Positions 14,247 through 27,187 of a DNA stretch of 64,000 bases are shown here, piece by piece (position 1 is the first letter of the stretch; the number at the start of each line of letters is the position of its first letter). The stretch spans positions 29,822,001-29,886,000 of the forward strand of contig NC_091990.1 of NCBI RefSeq assembly GCF_044704955.1, written 5' to 3'. A program made the translations under genes and the position numbers. Source of the DNA: Pristiophorus japonicus (Eukaryota). The notes beneath the pieces are model-generated. The model saw nothing but the letters and a program-made list of their open reading frames with translations, searched no databases and had not been told where the DNA came from.

Positions 14247-14373
14247 CTAAGGTATGGGACTACGCTGAAAACGAGCTGGTATTCCTCTGAAACGGCAAAA
14301 CTGTCCATTGCTGTTTGCCCATTGGAAGAGATTAGGCTTGTTGAATGAATGCACGTTCCGTCTGGAATAATTT
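14247..14373 (-). CDS. S100PBP: S100P-binding protein, last coding exon
   Basis: Acceptor ttttctcAG, phase-compatible. Translates (R)NYSRRNVHSFNKPNLFQWANSNGQFCRFRGIPARFQRSPIP*, resembling the human C-terminus RNYARR...LTQWV...RFQRLP as recalled. Confidence 0.9.
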
Positions 14374-15224
14374 CTGAGAAAACAAATGTTACGACATTAA
14401 AACAGGTTCTAAAAATGCTCTTCTGTACCAAACTATTACACTGTAAGCAATATACAACAAAATCAATAACAGAACTTTCTAAGTACAAGTCAGATTTGAG
14501 TTTTCTTTGGAGAGAAGCAATTACTTGTGTAGGATCTTTGGGAACTGAAAAGGTGTTGCTCTGAATGGTCCATAAACTGTAAGGAATGTGGTACTTTTGT
14601 GTGACTATCAAAAGCACTGATATTCTCAGCTTTTCTCTCCTTTCAGACTGCCAGTCTCTTTTGCTTGTTTAATTTTCTCTCATTTCTTTCAGCACTGGCC
14701 ATTACAGAGCCAATTAGTGGAAAAAGTGTAGGACACAACATTAAATAGTAATTCAGACTTCAAAAATTTGCCGCCGCCTAGGACCAGGTAAGAGTCATAG
14801 AAAGTCAATAAAAGCTGTTAAAAAAGCATCAAGGATCCTGGCTTTTAATAATAGAGGCAGAGTACAAAAGCAAACTTAAATATCCTTCCTGTAATGTAGA
14901 ACCCAATACTGCACACAGTACTCCAACTGAGGTGTTAAGATTTTATATAGGCTCACCATTACCTCTTGGTTTTTATTTTCTATCCCTAGCGTTAAAACCT
15001 TCAATTTCACTAGCTTTTCTTACAGCCTTATCAACCCGAGATGCTGCCTTTAATGTCCAGAGAATCTGTCACCCCAATCTTTCTGCTCTTCCCCACCACC
15101 GAACCTACTTCCATTCAGAATATCACCTCACACTTATTGAAACTGAATTCCATCGGTCACTTTTTAGCTAATTCTCCCAATCAATAGCCCTTTGGTCTTC
15201 TGAAGAATTAAAGACACCTCCTGG

Positions 15225-16443
15225 ATTAATTTAGGAAATCCAGCACAGATTTGATAAAGGCAAATTGCATTCAACTAACTTGATTGAGTTTTTGAATGAG
15301 GTAACGGATGGTTGAAAAGGGCAATGCGGTTGATATGGTGTACATGGACTTCCAGAAGGCACTTGATAAAGTGCCACATAATAGGCTTGCCAGCAAAGTT
15401 CAAGCCCATGGAATGAAAAGGGACAGTGGCAGCATGGATACGAAATTGGCTAAGTTACAGGAAACAGAGTACTGGTGAATGGTTGTTTTTCGGACTGGAG
15501 GAAGGTATACAGTGGTGTTCCCCAGGGGTCGGTACTAGATATATTAATGACGTGGACTTGGGTGTACAGGGTACAATTTAAAAATTTGCAGATGTCACAA
15601 AACTTGAAAGTATAGTGGTGAACAGCGAGGAGGATAGTGATAAACTTTAAGAGGACATAGACAAACTGGTGGATTGGGCAGACACGGAGATAAAATTCAA
15701 GACAGAAAAGTGCGGTTACATTTTGGAACGAGGAGACACAATATGAACTAAAGGGTACAATCTTAAAGGGGTTGCATGAACAGAGACACCTAGGGGTATA
15801 TGTGCACAAATTGTTGAAAAGTAGTTGGTCAGGTTGAGAAAGCGGTTAAAAAAGGGATCCTGGGCTTCAAATAGAGGTATTGAGTAAAAAAGTAAATGAT
15901 AAACCCTTTTATAACACTGTTTTATAACACTGGTTCGGCCTCAACTGGAGTATTGTGGGAAGGCCTTGGAGAGGGTGGAGAAAAGATTTACAAGAATGGA
16001 TCCAGGGATGAGGGACTTCAGTTACGTGGATAGACTGGAGACGCTGGGGTTGTTCTCCCTGGAGCAGAGAAGGTTGAGAGGAGATTTGAAAAAGGTGTTC
16101 AAAATCATGAGGGGTTCAGACAGAGTAGATGGAGAGAAACTGTTCCCATTGGCAGCAGGGTCGAGAACCAGAAGAAACAGATTTAAGGTGATTGGAAGAA
16201 CCAAAGGCAACATGGAGGAATAACTTTCTTTACGCAGCGAGTGGTTAGGATCTGGAATGCATTGCCTAAAAGGATGGTGGAGGTAGATTCAGTCGTGGCA
16301 TTCGAAAGGGAATTGGATAATTACCTGAAGAAAAAAAAATTGCAGGGTTACAGGGAAAGGGACTAGCTGAAGTGCTCATGCAGAGAGCCATCATGGGCTC
16401 GACGGGCCCAAATGGCCTCCTTCTGTGCTGTAACCATTCTATG
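15225..16443 (+). mobile_element. CR1 LINE, RT to 3' tail (degenerate)
   Basis: YMDFQKA, SGVPQGS and GLFSLEQRRLRGDL motifs; TAACCATTCTATG tail. Confidence 0.88.
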
Positions 16444-16446
16444 TAA

Positions 16447-16905
16447 GCTGTGGCTCAGTGGATAGCACACTCGTCTGAGTCAGAAGGTTGTGGGTTCAAG
16501 CCCCACTCCAGCAACTTGAGCACATAAATCTAGGCTGACACTCCAGTGCAGTGCTGAGGGAATGCTGTACTGTCGGAGGTGCCGTCTTTCGGATGAGACG
16601 TTAAACCGAGGCCCTATCTGCCCCATCAGATGGATGTAAAAGATCCCATGGCACTATTTCGAAGAGCAGGGGAGTTATCCCTGGTGTCCTGGGCCAATAT
16701 TTATCTCAATCAACATAACAAAAACAGATTATCTGATCATTATCACATTGCTGTTTGTGGGAGTTTGCTGAGCGCAAGTTGGCTGTCACGTTTCTCACAT
16801 TACAACTGTGACCACACTTCAAAAGTACTTCATTGGCTGTAAAGTGCTTTGAGACCTCCGGTGGTCGTGAAAGGCACTATATAAATGCAAGTCTTTCTTT
16901 TCTTT
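16447..16905 (+). mobile_element. near full-length SacSINE1/DeuSINE-type SINE
   Basis: tRNA-like head (TGGCTCAGTGG, GGTTCAAGCCC), Deu central domain and L2-like tail CTATATAAATGCAAGTCTTTCTTTT. Confidence 0.85.
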
Positions 16906-17393
16906 TTATGATTTTGGCATCCACTACAAATTTGACATGACTCCCTATAGATCTATATCCAAATCATTGACACACAGTGAACAAAATATACCACCACTCC
17001 TAAACATATCATCTCCCTAATGTATTTGTTTTCCATTCTTGCCCAGTTTGCAGCCAGGTTTCATTTAATGCTATTAAGTCTAGACTTTTTGTAAAATAAT
17101 TGCTTCCAGTTCATTGCGCCACACTCTGCGCATTGCCATACATGCATGGAGGAGGAGGAGGAGAGGAATGGGAAATATGCTTTGTCCCAGTAACTGGTTA
17201 TAGAGGGTCATTCAGAGTTCTGCAACATTCCAACTCATTCACTGATTTAGTGAAATGTTCATGGAATGGGGAGGCACTTAGGGAACGCGCGAGAAAGAAA
17301 GACCAATAAGATTTTTTTTTTTTTAAATAGCTTTTTGTAGCAGGTCATTTAGTTTAAAATAAAAACAGTCATGCTTTTATATTCCAGGTTTAC

Positions 17394-17493
17394 CTGGTAG
17401 TGAGGTCTGATGGGTGCTGCCAAGAACTAGAATGTTTTCTGTATTCTCCATCAGCCACCTGGTCCATTAGGTAGAGCAATTCTTGCATTGGTC
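17394..17493 (-). CDS. S100PBP: S100PBP coding exon 4 (conserved C-terminal domain)
   Basis: AG/GT boundaries, 100 nt. Translates (G)PMQELLYLMDQVADGEYRKHSSSWQHPSDLTT(R); WQHPSDLTTR is the S100PBP signature. Confidence 0.95.
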
Positions 17494-17902
17494 CTGCAAA
17501 ATAAACACTGTTAAATTGTGCTCGTTTTATAGATCACGTCTTATCCCACTTCCAAAATTTCAAGGTACAGCGCTCCTATGCAGTCCATCACATTGTATTT
17601 ATATAATAGGCATGCACAGAAAGCTAATTGCTGTTAACAGTCAATGATTAGAATAGGGGAGCCTAAACTGCAGTCTGTGGACCACATGCCCCTCAAAGCC
17701 CAGTCAACTTAGTCCCATTAGCACCGATTTGTGCTGCTTGAGCGTTGTGGGCCAGGGCTTTGCAAAGGGTCATGCAGCACCATTGCCTCATTAGTGGATA
17801 AATCCTAAATTAAAATCATTAAGATCCGTAATCAGCAACCCGAGATTAATAGAACGTGGATTTAAGCTTTATATGTGTGTCCCAAAGGCGCCATACTACA
17901 TA

Positions 17903-20243
17903 CCGTATATACTCGCGTATCATGCGACTTTTGAAGACCTAAATTGTAACCTAAATTTGGGGGGTCGCATGATACGCGAGATACAAAATTTGCGGGTGTG
18001 AAGTGCTGGCCAAGATTAGGCTGTTAGGCTGTTAAGCAGACCGTATCCACGCTGAATCTCAGCATGCTCCAACAATCCTCTATGTAAAGACATTTCTCTT
18101 GGTTTCTCCTCTCACTCTCCATTATGGTTGTAAATCGAATATCCATGGTTGATATTAGTTTCTCGATACTCATGACCAAATCATTAGTTTATGTGGAAAA
18201 CAAGCCAAGTTCCTGCAGCACACCACTAACGACATCCTCCCAATACAAAAAAAAATCCATTTGACTCCTGCTGAAATTCTTCTCTTCGGGGGAGAGGGTC
18301 GCGGAGGTCGGGGGGGGAGGAGAGGGTCGCGGAGGTCGGGGGGGGAGGAGAGGGTCGCGGAGGTCGGGGGGGGAGGAGAGGGTCGCGGAGGTCGGGGGGG
18401 GAGGAGAGGGTCGCGGAGGTCGGGGGGGGAGGAGAGGGTCGCGGAGGTCGGGGGGGGAGGAGAGGGTCGCGGAGGTCGGGGGGGGAGGAGAGGGTCGCGG
18501 AGGTCGGGGGGGGAGGAGAGGGTCGCGGAGGTCGGGGGGGGAGGAGAGGGTCGCGGAGGTCGGGGGGGGAGGAGAGGGTCGCGGAGGTCGGGGGGGGAGG
18601 AGAGGGTCGCGGAGGTCGGGGGGGAGGAGAGGGTCGCGGAGGTCGGGGGGGGAGGAGAGGGTCGCGGAGGTCGGGGGGGGAGGAGAGGGTCGCGGAGGTC
18701 GGGGGGGGAGGAGAGGGTCGCGGAGGTCGGGGGGGGAGGAGAGGGTCGCGGAGGTCGGGGGGGGAGGAGAGGGTCGCGGAGGTCGGGGGGGGAGGAGAGG
18801 GTCGCGGAGGTCGGGGGGGGAGGAGAGGGTCGCGGAGGTCGGGGGGGGAGGAGAGGGTCGCGGAGGTCGGGGGGGGAGGAGAGGGTCGCGGAGGTCGGGG
18901 GGGGAGGAGAGGGTCGCGGAGGTCGGGGGGGAGGAGAGGGTCGCGGAGGTCGGGGGGGAGGAGAGGGTCGCGGAGGTCGGGGGGGGAGGAGAGGGTCGCG
19001 GAGGTCGGGGGGGGAGGAGAGGGTCGCGGAGGTCGGGGGGGGAGGAGAGGGTCGCGGAGGTCGGGGGGGGAGGAGAGGGTCGCGGAGGTCGGGGGGGGAG
19101 GAGAGGGTCGCGGAGGTCGGGGGGGGAGGAGAGGGTCGCGGAGGTCGGGGGGGGAGGAGAGGGTCGCGGAGGTCGGGGGGGGAGGAGAGGGTCGCGGAGG
19201 TCGGGGGGGGAGGAGAGGGTCGCGGAGGTCGGGGGGGGAGGAGAGGGTCGCGGAGGTCGGGGGGGGAGGAGAGGGTCGCGGAGGTCGGGGGGGGGGGAAA
19301 GAGAGGGTCGCGGAGGTCGGGGGGGGGGGGAAGAGAGGGTCGCGGAGGTCGGGGGGGGGGGAAGAGAGGGTCGCGGAGGTCGGGGGGGGAGGAGAGGGTC
19401 GCGGAGGTCGGGGGGGAGGGGGGAGAGGGTCGCGGAGGTCGGGGGGAGAGAGGGTCGCGGAGGTCGGGGGGGGAGAGAGGGTCGCGGAGGCCGGGGGGGG
19501 AAGAGGGGGTCGCGGAGGTCGGGGGGGAGAGAAGGTCGCGGAGGGGGAAGAGAGGGTCGCGGAGGTCGCGGAGGGGGAGAGAGAGGGTCGCGGAGGTCGG
19601 GGGGGGAAGAGAGGGTCGCGGAGGTCGGGGGGGGAAAAGAGAGGGTCGCGGAGGTCGGGGGGGGAAGAGAGGGTCGCGGAGGTCGGGGGGGGAAGAGAGG
19701 GTCGCGGAGGTCGGGGGGGGGAAGAGAGGGTCGCGGAGGTCGGGGGGGGGAAGAGAGGGTCGCGGAGGTCGGGGGGGGGAAGAGAGGGTCGCGGAGGTCG
19801 GGGGGGGGAAGAGAGGGTCGCGGAGGTCGGGGGGGGGAAGAGAGGGTCGCGGAGGTCGGGGGGGGAAGAGAGGGTCGCGGAGGTCGGGGGGGGAAGAGAG
19901 GGTCGCGGAGGTCGGGGGGGGGAAGAGAGGGTCGCGGAGGTCGGGGGGGGGGGGGGAAGAGAGAGTCGCGGAGGTCGGGGGGGGGGAAAGAGAGAGTCGC
20001 GGAGGTCGGGGGGGGGGGGGGGGAGAGAGAGCACGGAGAGAGAGAGCACGGAGAGAGAGAGCACGGAGAGAGAGAGCACGGAGAGAGAGCAGAATCCACT
20101 CGATGTTTCATGTTAAGGTCTGTATTCGATCTCAAAAAAGTGACTCGCATGATACATGAGATATATGGTAAAATCATGTTTTGGGGACGAAAATTTAGCG
20201 GTCGCATGATACGCGAGATCGCAGGATACGCGAGTATATACGG
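17903..20243. mobile_element. non-autonomous Tc1/mariner-superfamily (Tc2-like) DNA transposon
   Basis: TIRs CCGTATATACTCGCGTATC...GATACGCGAGTATATACGG flanked by TA on both sides. Subterminal repeats of TCGCATGATACGCGAG at about 17965, 20145 and 20202. Confidence 0.85.
18288..20090 (+). repeat. G-rich 28-bp minisatellite (about 60 copies) followed by a 15-bp GAGAGAGAGAGCACG repeat
   Basis: Unit GGAGAGGGTCGCGGAGGTCGGGGGGGGA read directly from the sequence; it explains the three >600-aa low-complexity ORFs. Confidence 0.97.
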
Positions 20244-20781
20244 TACGATGATCAGTCTCCCTCAACAACAAAATCTATGAAAGACACAGCTATCCTCATT
20301 AAAACCAGAGTATGTTAAAAATTAGACACAAAGAAGCATTTTCAAAACAAGTATCAACGTGTATTATTTTTTTTTAAAAATCAAGCCTGCTGCTCATACT
20401 CAACTACATTTTCAAGTTGGTGAATATTTCAATCTCCAACAGGAGTAATTTTGCATCTTTAACCAATTAAATGCGTCATGAAATAACCCATAGCCTGCCT
20501 CCTGAATTTAGTTTACAAGAGTGTTCAAGAATGTCAAATGAATACTTGGTTGTCAAAAAGAATTTTTGTTCAATTTCAGAGTTCAAGAAGTCAAAATGCT
20601 TATTTTTTTGATCTCCTTGGTTTAGCTCCTTCAGACATGCCAATAATTTAAATATGTTCCTTCCAATTTGACTTACCTGATCACTCAATTTAATTTGGAG
20701 GTATTGTACACTAAGCTCAAGCTGCCTGATACACAATGTACATCAAATAATCTTCATCAGATAAAGCAAATCAGTCTATCT

Positions 20782-23585
20782 CCAGGATATGATGTAATTG
20801 GGATTACAGAGACAAGGCTCCAGGGTAAACAAGGCTGGGAACTCAATATCCAGGGTTATTCAATGTTCAGGAAGGAAAAGGAGGGGTAGCGTTACTGGTT
20901 AAAGAGGAGATTAACGCAAGAGTAAGGAGGACATCAGCGTGGATGATGTTTCGCAGCTCTACTATATGGGTAGAGCTGCGAAACACTAAAAGGGCAGAAA
21001 ATGTTAGTGGGTGTTGTGTACAGACCACCAAACAGTAGTAGGGAGGTTGGGTATGGCATCAAACAGGAAATCAGGGATGCGTGCAACAAGGGTACAGCAG
21101 TTATCATGGGCGACTTTAATCTACATATTGATTGGGCTAACCAAACTGGTAGCAATACTGTGAGGAGGATTTCCTGGAGTGTATTAAGGGATGGTTTTGT
21201 AGACCAATGTCGAGGAACCAACTAGAGAGCAGGCCATCCTAGACTGGATCTTGTGTAACGAGAGAGAATTAATTAGCAATCTGGTCGTGCGTGGCCTCTT
21301 GGTGAAGAGTGACCATAATATGGTAGAATTCTTCATTAAGATGGAGAGCGACACAGTTAATTCAGAGACTAGGGTCCTGAACGTAAAGAAAGGAAACTTC
21401 GATGGTATGAGGCGTGATTTGGCTAGGATAGACTGACGAATGATACTTAAAGGGTTGACGGTGAATAAGTAATTCCAGACATTTAAAGATCACATGGATG
21501 AATTACAATTATTGTACATCCCTGTGTGGTGTAAAAATAAAACAGGAAAGGTGGCTCAACCGTGGCTAACAAGGGAAATTATGGATAGTGTTAAATCCAA
21601 GGAAGAGGCATATAAATTTGCCAGAAAAAGCAGCAAACCTGAGGACTGGGAGAAATGTAGAATTCGGCAGAGAAGGTTTAATTAGGAGGGGGAAAATAGA
21701 GTATGAGAGGAAGCTTGCAGGGAACATAAAAACTGACTGCAAAAGCTTCTATAGATATGTGAAGAAAAAAAGATTAGTGAAGACTAATGTAGGTCCCTTG
21801 CAGTAAGAATCAGATGAATTCATAATGGGGAACAAGGAAATAGCAAACCAACTGAACAAATACTTTGGTTCCGTCTTCACTAAGGAAGAGACACAAATAA
21901 CCTCTCGAAAATACAAGAGGACCGAGCGAGAAGGGGGAACTGAAGGAAATCCTTATTAGTCAGGAAATGGTGTTAGGGAAATTGAAGGGACTGAAGGGCG
22001 ATAAATCCCCAGGGTCTGATAGTTTGCATCCCAGAGTATTTAAGGAGGTAGCCTTAGAAATAGTGGATGCATTGGTAGTCATTTTCCAACATTCCATGGA
22101 CTCGGGATCAGTTCCTTGGATTGGAGGGTAGCTAATGTAATCCCACTTTTTTTAAAAAGGAGGGAGAGAAAACAGGGAATTATAGACAGTTAGCCTGACA
22201 TCGGTGGTGGGGAAAATACTGGAATCAATTATTAAAGATGTAATAGCAGCGCATTTGGAAACAGTGACAGGATCGGTGTCCAAGTCAGCATGGATTTATG
22301 AAAAGGAAATCATGCTGGACAAATCTTCTAGAATTTTTTGAGGATGTAACTAGTAGAGTGGACATGGGAGAATCAGTGGATGTGGTGTATTTGGACTTTC
22401 AAAAGGCTTTTGCCAAGGTCCCACACAAGAGATTAGTGTGCAAAATTAAGGCACATGGTATTGGGGGTAATGTATTGACGTGGGTAGAGAAATGGTTGGC
22501 AGACAGGAAGCAAAGAGTGAGAATAAACAGGTCCTTTTCAGAATGGCAGGCAGTGACTAGTGGAGTGCCGCAGGGTTCAGTGTTGGGACCCCAGTTATTT
22601 ACAATATACATTAATGATTTAGAGAAAGGAATTGAATGTAATAGCTCCAAGTTTGCAGATGACACTAGCTGGGTGGCAGGGTGAGCTGCGAGGAGGATGC
22701 CAAGAGGCTGCAGGGGGACTTGGACAGGTTAGGTGAATGGGCAAATGCATGGCAGATGCAGTATAATGTGGATCAATGTGAGGTTATCCACTTTGGTGGC
22801 AAAAACAGGAAGGCAGATTATCTGAATGGTGACAGATTAGTAAAAGGGGAGGTGCAACGAGACCTGGGTGTCATGGTACATCAGTCATTGAAGGTAGGCA
22901 TGCAGGTACAGCAGGCAGCAAAGAAAGCAAATGGCATGCTGGCCTTCATAGAGAGGGGATTTGAGTATAGGTGCAGGGAGGTTTTGCTGCAGTTGTACAG
23001 GGCCTTGGTGAGACCACACCTTGAGTACTGTGTGCAGTTTTGGTCTCCTAATCTGAGGAAGGGCGTGCTTGTTATTGAGGGAGTGCAGTGAAGGTTCATC
23101 AGGCCGATTACCAGGATGGCAGGACTGACATATGAGGAAACACTGGATCGGCTAGGCTTATACTCAATGAAATTTAAAAGAATGAGAGGGGATCTCATAG
23201 AAACGTATAAAATTCTGACGGGACTGGACAGGTTCGATGCAGGAAGAATGTTCCCGATGTTGGGGACATCCAGAACCAGGGGATACAGTCGAAGAATAAG
23301 GGGTAAGCCATATAGGACCGAGATGAGGAGAAATTTTTTCAGCCAGAGTTGTGAACCTGTGGAATTCTCTGCCACAGAAAGTTGTGGAGTTCAGAGTCCA
23401 GTTCAATGGACATATTCAAAAGGGAGTTGGATGTGGCCCTTACGGCTAAAGAGATCGGAGGTATGGAGAGAAGGCAGGGGTGGGGTACTGAAGTTGTATG
23501 ATCAGCCTCGATCATATTGAATGGCGGTGCAGGCTCGAAGGGCCGAATGGCCTGCTCCTGCACCTATTTTCTATGTATCTATGTA
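20782..23585 (+). mobile_element. CR1 LINE, most of ORF2 (APE endonuclease + RT) and 3' tail, frameshifted
   Basis: DVIGITET, GVVYRPPN, MGDFN and SDHN endonuclease motifs; [18 protein letters not shown] and FADDT RT motifs; TTTCTATGTATCTATGT tail. Confidence 0.95.
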
Positions 23586-24469
23586 ATCTGCTCATTTGCA
23601 TGCCCAATATTACTGGAAGTTATATTGAACTTTGAGTTTATTCCTGAAAAGATTACTGGAGGCCTGGAGTCATTGCGGTTTCATTTTAGCTTCCTCCTCT
23701 TGATTGGCTCATGGTATGGAACCAAACGTTTATAAGGTTTAGTCCACATAGAAATACTTGTGAATGATAAAAAGATCAAATTAAATTTATTGTGCATACT
23801 GATGGAAATCTTCAAATTACACAACCCAATTCTGCCAAGGCACAACAACTTTACTCAACAATGAAATGGCAGTCACACCATTACACCACAGCATCCATCG
23901 AGGAGTAAACACTGATAAAATGAACTTCCCAGCATTATGGTGTTTAAAATCACATCTGCCCCCAATGTAGCACAGAGCTATATAGATCAGGTGTCCCCTC
24001 CCACTCTTGTATTAGTTGATCTCATGGATGGAGACACTGAGCTGGAGTGTCACAATGGGTCAGCACCCCTCAGTTAGGAAGAGGAATAAAATAGTCTCTA
24101 TTCCTAATTGCTGTCCTTTAGCAGTCTGTTGGGAGTTGCACCTGTATGGATATCGGGAGCACACAGGATAGTGTTGTTATGAAGCATTTCAAAGTTGAAT
24201 AGTCCGATATTCACTGCGCATGCTCATATTTGAAGAACGGGCACTTGGATCAGGTATAGAAAGCCTGACATTACCCATGAGAGTAGTGTCCACGTTTACA
24301 CTGCAAGAGTTAGTTCCCTTGCCCCAATGCCAAATTGGAAACCAACAAAAATGGTTGTTTCAAGAACGGTTTAAAAAAAGTGAAAACATGCAGTTCCTGT
24401 TGGACAGCTTTCTCCTGCAAAGGAGTATAATTGATGCAACAGATAACACCAGATTGTGCATTAAGTATA

Positions 24470-24810
24470 CAGTAACCAATGCACTTCAATGCAGCATTTA
24501 GGGAGTGCGGCACTGTTGCAGGTGCCATTTTCTGGGTGAAATATTAAACCAAGGCCCCATTTGCCCTCTCAGGTGGATGTAAGACTTCCTGTGGTACTAC
24601 TGAAAGAAGAAAGAGGAGTTCGCTCGATGTCCTGACCAACATTTATCCATCAAACAGATGATCTGGTCATTTATCTCACTGCTGTTTGTGGGACCTTGCT
24701 GTGTGCAAATTGGCTGCAGCGCTTCCTACATTACAACAGTGACTACACTTCAAAATTACTTCATTGGCTGCAAAGTGTTTTGGGATGTCCTGACGTTGTG
24801 AAAGGCGCTA
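24470..24810 (+). mobile_element. SacSINE1/DeuSINE-type SINE, 5'-truncated
   Basis: Colinear with 16535-16880. Confidence 0.8.
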
Positions 24811-25064
24811 CAGTCCCCACAGCTTATAGCGTGCACGCTGGTGTCAATGCGATTTGCCCGCTATACATGATGGCCGGTGTAACCCGACGGCCAAGGTATT
24901 GGAGGTGACGAGTAATCTCGGGATCGTACTATCTTCTCGCACTGATCATGATCAGGTCTGTTGAAATCTGCTGGTATTTTGGGAGATATATTTTATAAAC
25001 TTCACAAGTTTAGACTGAACTTTAAAATGGCAGCTGGTCATTATTCCGTCATTCACACCCTATC

Positions 25065-25370
25065 GAGACCAACCTTTTTCTAACTTCTGCCATTACCATT
25101 TCAATTCAGCCCATCATCCCTTTTATCTCTCTAATTGCTCCTGCCTTCCATCCTATCACAGATCTTCCCTTTCGTTCTTTCCTCCCCTCCCCCTTTCAGT
25201 GCTCCTGAAGAATAATCTGTTCTTTTCGAACATTCGCCAGTTCTGACGAAGGGTCATCGACCCGCAACGTTAACTCGGTTTTTCTCTCCACAGATGCTGT
25301 CAGACACGGTGATTTCCAGCATTTTCTGTTTTTATTTCAGATTCCAGCATCCGCAATATTTTGCTTTTGT
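25065..25370 (+). mobile_element. Penelope-like element terminal-repeat fragment with hammerhead-like motif
   Basis: AGTT-CTGACGA-A-GGGTC-ATC-GACCC-GCAA-CGTT-AACT at 25239-25275, followed by TCTCTCCACAGATGCTG...TTTCCAGCATTTTCTGTTTT as in vertebrate Penelope repeats. Confidence 0.7.
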
Positions 25371-26514
25371 AGATTGAACCCGAACTACAGCATCAACTTG
25401 TAGTTTATCTTTATGGCTATTGACCGTTACTATGTTGTGTGGGGTCCTTGGCTCTACTGTTGCCATGGCGGCACAGGCACGTTTTCTGGTGACTCTTGGT
25501 GAGAGTTTACTCTGCATATCTACTACTCCGAGTGAGGGCATGGGAAACATCATGCCAAAGTTGTTCTGAAGTTTGGGGCTGAAGTACGCAGCAGTCATAG
25601 TCTGTTTCACCTCTGGTCAGTTTCACCACTAGAGCAGGTAAATGATTGTGAGCAGCAATTGCAGGAGTTCTAGAGGCCACAGGGGGGGGGTGTGGGGGGA
25701 AACTGAAGGATGCAGGGCTGACGGAAAGGACTTAATAGCAGGTAATCACACTTTAATGAGGTGCAAACAGCTGCTTGAACTACCCGAAATACAAGTGATG
25801 GCAAGTGATACAGGCGGCTGTCTGGGATAAGCAGGGATGGTTGCAAGTGATGGGGACTGTATAGAAATGAGAGTTTATTCTTTCTTTATCACACAGGTGC
25901 AACCTTTGCACAGTAGCAGACTGCCTAAAGCCAGCAACTCAAATGCCAACAGGCTCCATGATTAGAAAAAATGTATTTCAAACATTTTTATAAGCAAAGA
26001 TACAAAATAAGATTAGCTACAATTTTTTCCCCTACATCTTTATCAGCATCTATGTAACGCACATATCCAACAAACCAGGTCTCCTTCAATAGAAAATTAA
26101 GCCTGTGGCAACTAGGGAATGACCAATAACAGTTCTATTGTTGCTGTCCAAACTCCTTATAATTAAATTAGCTATGATTATGGTTTACAATTATTACCAC
26201 ATAAAAGGCTTCAAAAATCCACTGGTCAGGGTCCTACAAACTTTGTATCTGGAGAAACAGAAAGAAATATATGGAAACCAGGAAATGGTAGGACAATATA
26301 TAACTGCTAAGCTCTTGTTCTTTCTTGCTTGTAGCCAAGAACTAATATTTTAAAGGAATAGAAAATGAAAAAACTGAGGGGGAAGGAGAGTAGAACATTA
26401 AAAAGGAAAATGGGAAATATGTTTAAGGGGAGGGGATTTCCTCTTTGAACTCTGTACAATGAAACAGTCAATTTATGTAGAATATGTTTGATTTCGCCAT
26501 CTGTAACGTACTTC

Positions 26515-26850
26515 AACCACTTGTATTTATATAGTGCCTTTAACATAGTAAAACGTCCCAAGGCGCTTTACAGCAGTGTTATAAGACAAAACAAATAAAT
26601 TTGATACCGAGCCACATAAGAAGAAATTATAGCAGATCAAAAGAGGTAGGTTTTAAGGAGCGTCTTAAGGGAGGAAAGAGAGGTAGAGAGTTTTAGGGAG
26701 GGAGTTCCAGAGCTTAGGACCCAAACAGCCGAAGGCACAGCCACCAATGGTTGAGCAGTTATAATCAGGGATGCTCAAGATGGCAGAATTTGAGTGGTGC
26801 AGATATCTCAGGGGGTTGAGACTGAAGGAGATTACAGAGAAAAGGAGGTA
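26515..26850 (-). mobile_element. L2 LINE 3' end
   Basis: GGCAFGCLGPKLWNSLP motif and reverse-complement CTATATAAATACAAGT tail. Confidence 0.8.
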
Positions 26851-27092
26851 CAGAAAAATCTTTATTATATTTTTAACCAAAATAATTACAAATCAAAAAA
26901 CTTTACAAATGGAAATAAGTAGATTTCTATGCACTCTGGTTTCAGAAGACAAGATTTTTTTTCTCTCACCACAATGTTGCAGCATTTGAAATTTAGGAAG
27001 AAAAGGATGATTCATAATTCCAAAGCCTTTCATGAATTCTTAGGCTTTATTTCTGACTTTTTCCAACACATTCCTGTTACTTCATAGGTTAC

Positions 27093-27187
27093 CTGGAGTC
27101 TCACAACCATTCTTCACGTGGTTTGAAACACGCTGAAGATATAAATGTTTCTGCCGTTCTATCTCCGCATCAAACGCACAATTCAAT
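27093..27187 (-). CDS. S100PBP: S100PBP coding exon 3
   Basis: Acceptor ttctgcctttcAG, donor GTAACC, 95 nt. Translates (R)LNCAFDAEIERQKHLYLQRVSNHVKNGCETP(G), resembling human LEQQKQLYLRSVIAHI. Confidence 0.93.

Noticed and set aside
14207-14617. 136-aa ORF overlapping the last exon
   Set aside because: Wrong frame; splice phase and homology select the RNYSRR...SPIP* frame.
18288-20025. CRISPR-like regular repeat
   Set aside because: There are no unique spacers and no cas genes, and the context is eukaryotic.
18189-20207. Three ORFs of 617-672 aa (Pro-rich or Gly/Arg-rich)
   Set aside because: They are translations of a stop-free 28-bp minisatellite, open on both strands and lying inside a MITE.
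20782-23585. Active autonomous CR1
   Set aside because: Multiple stops and frameshifts, and no ORF1 or 5' UTR.
23965-24295. Possible ancient SINE
   Set aside because: Too degraded to assign promoter boxes or a family by eye.
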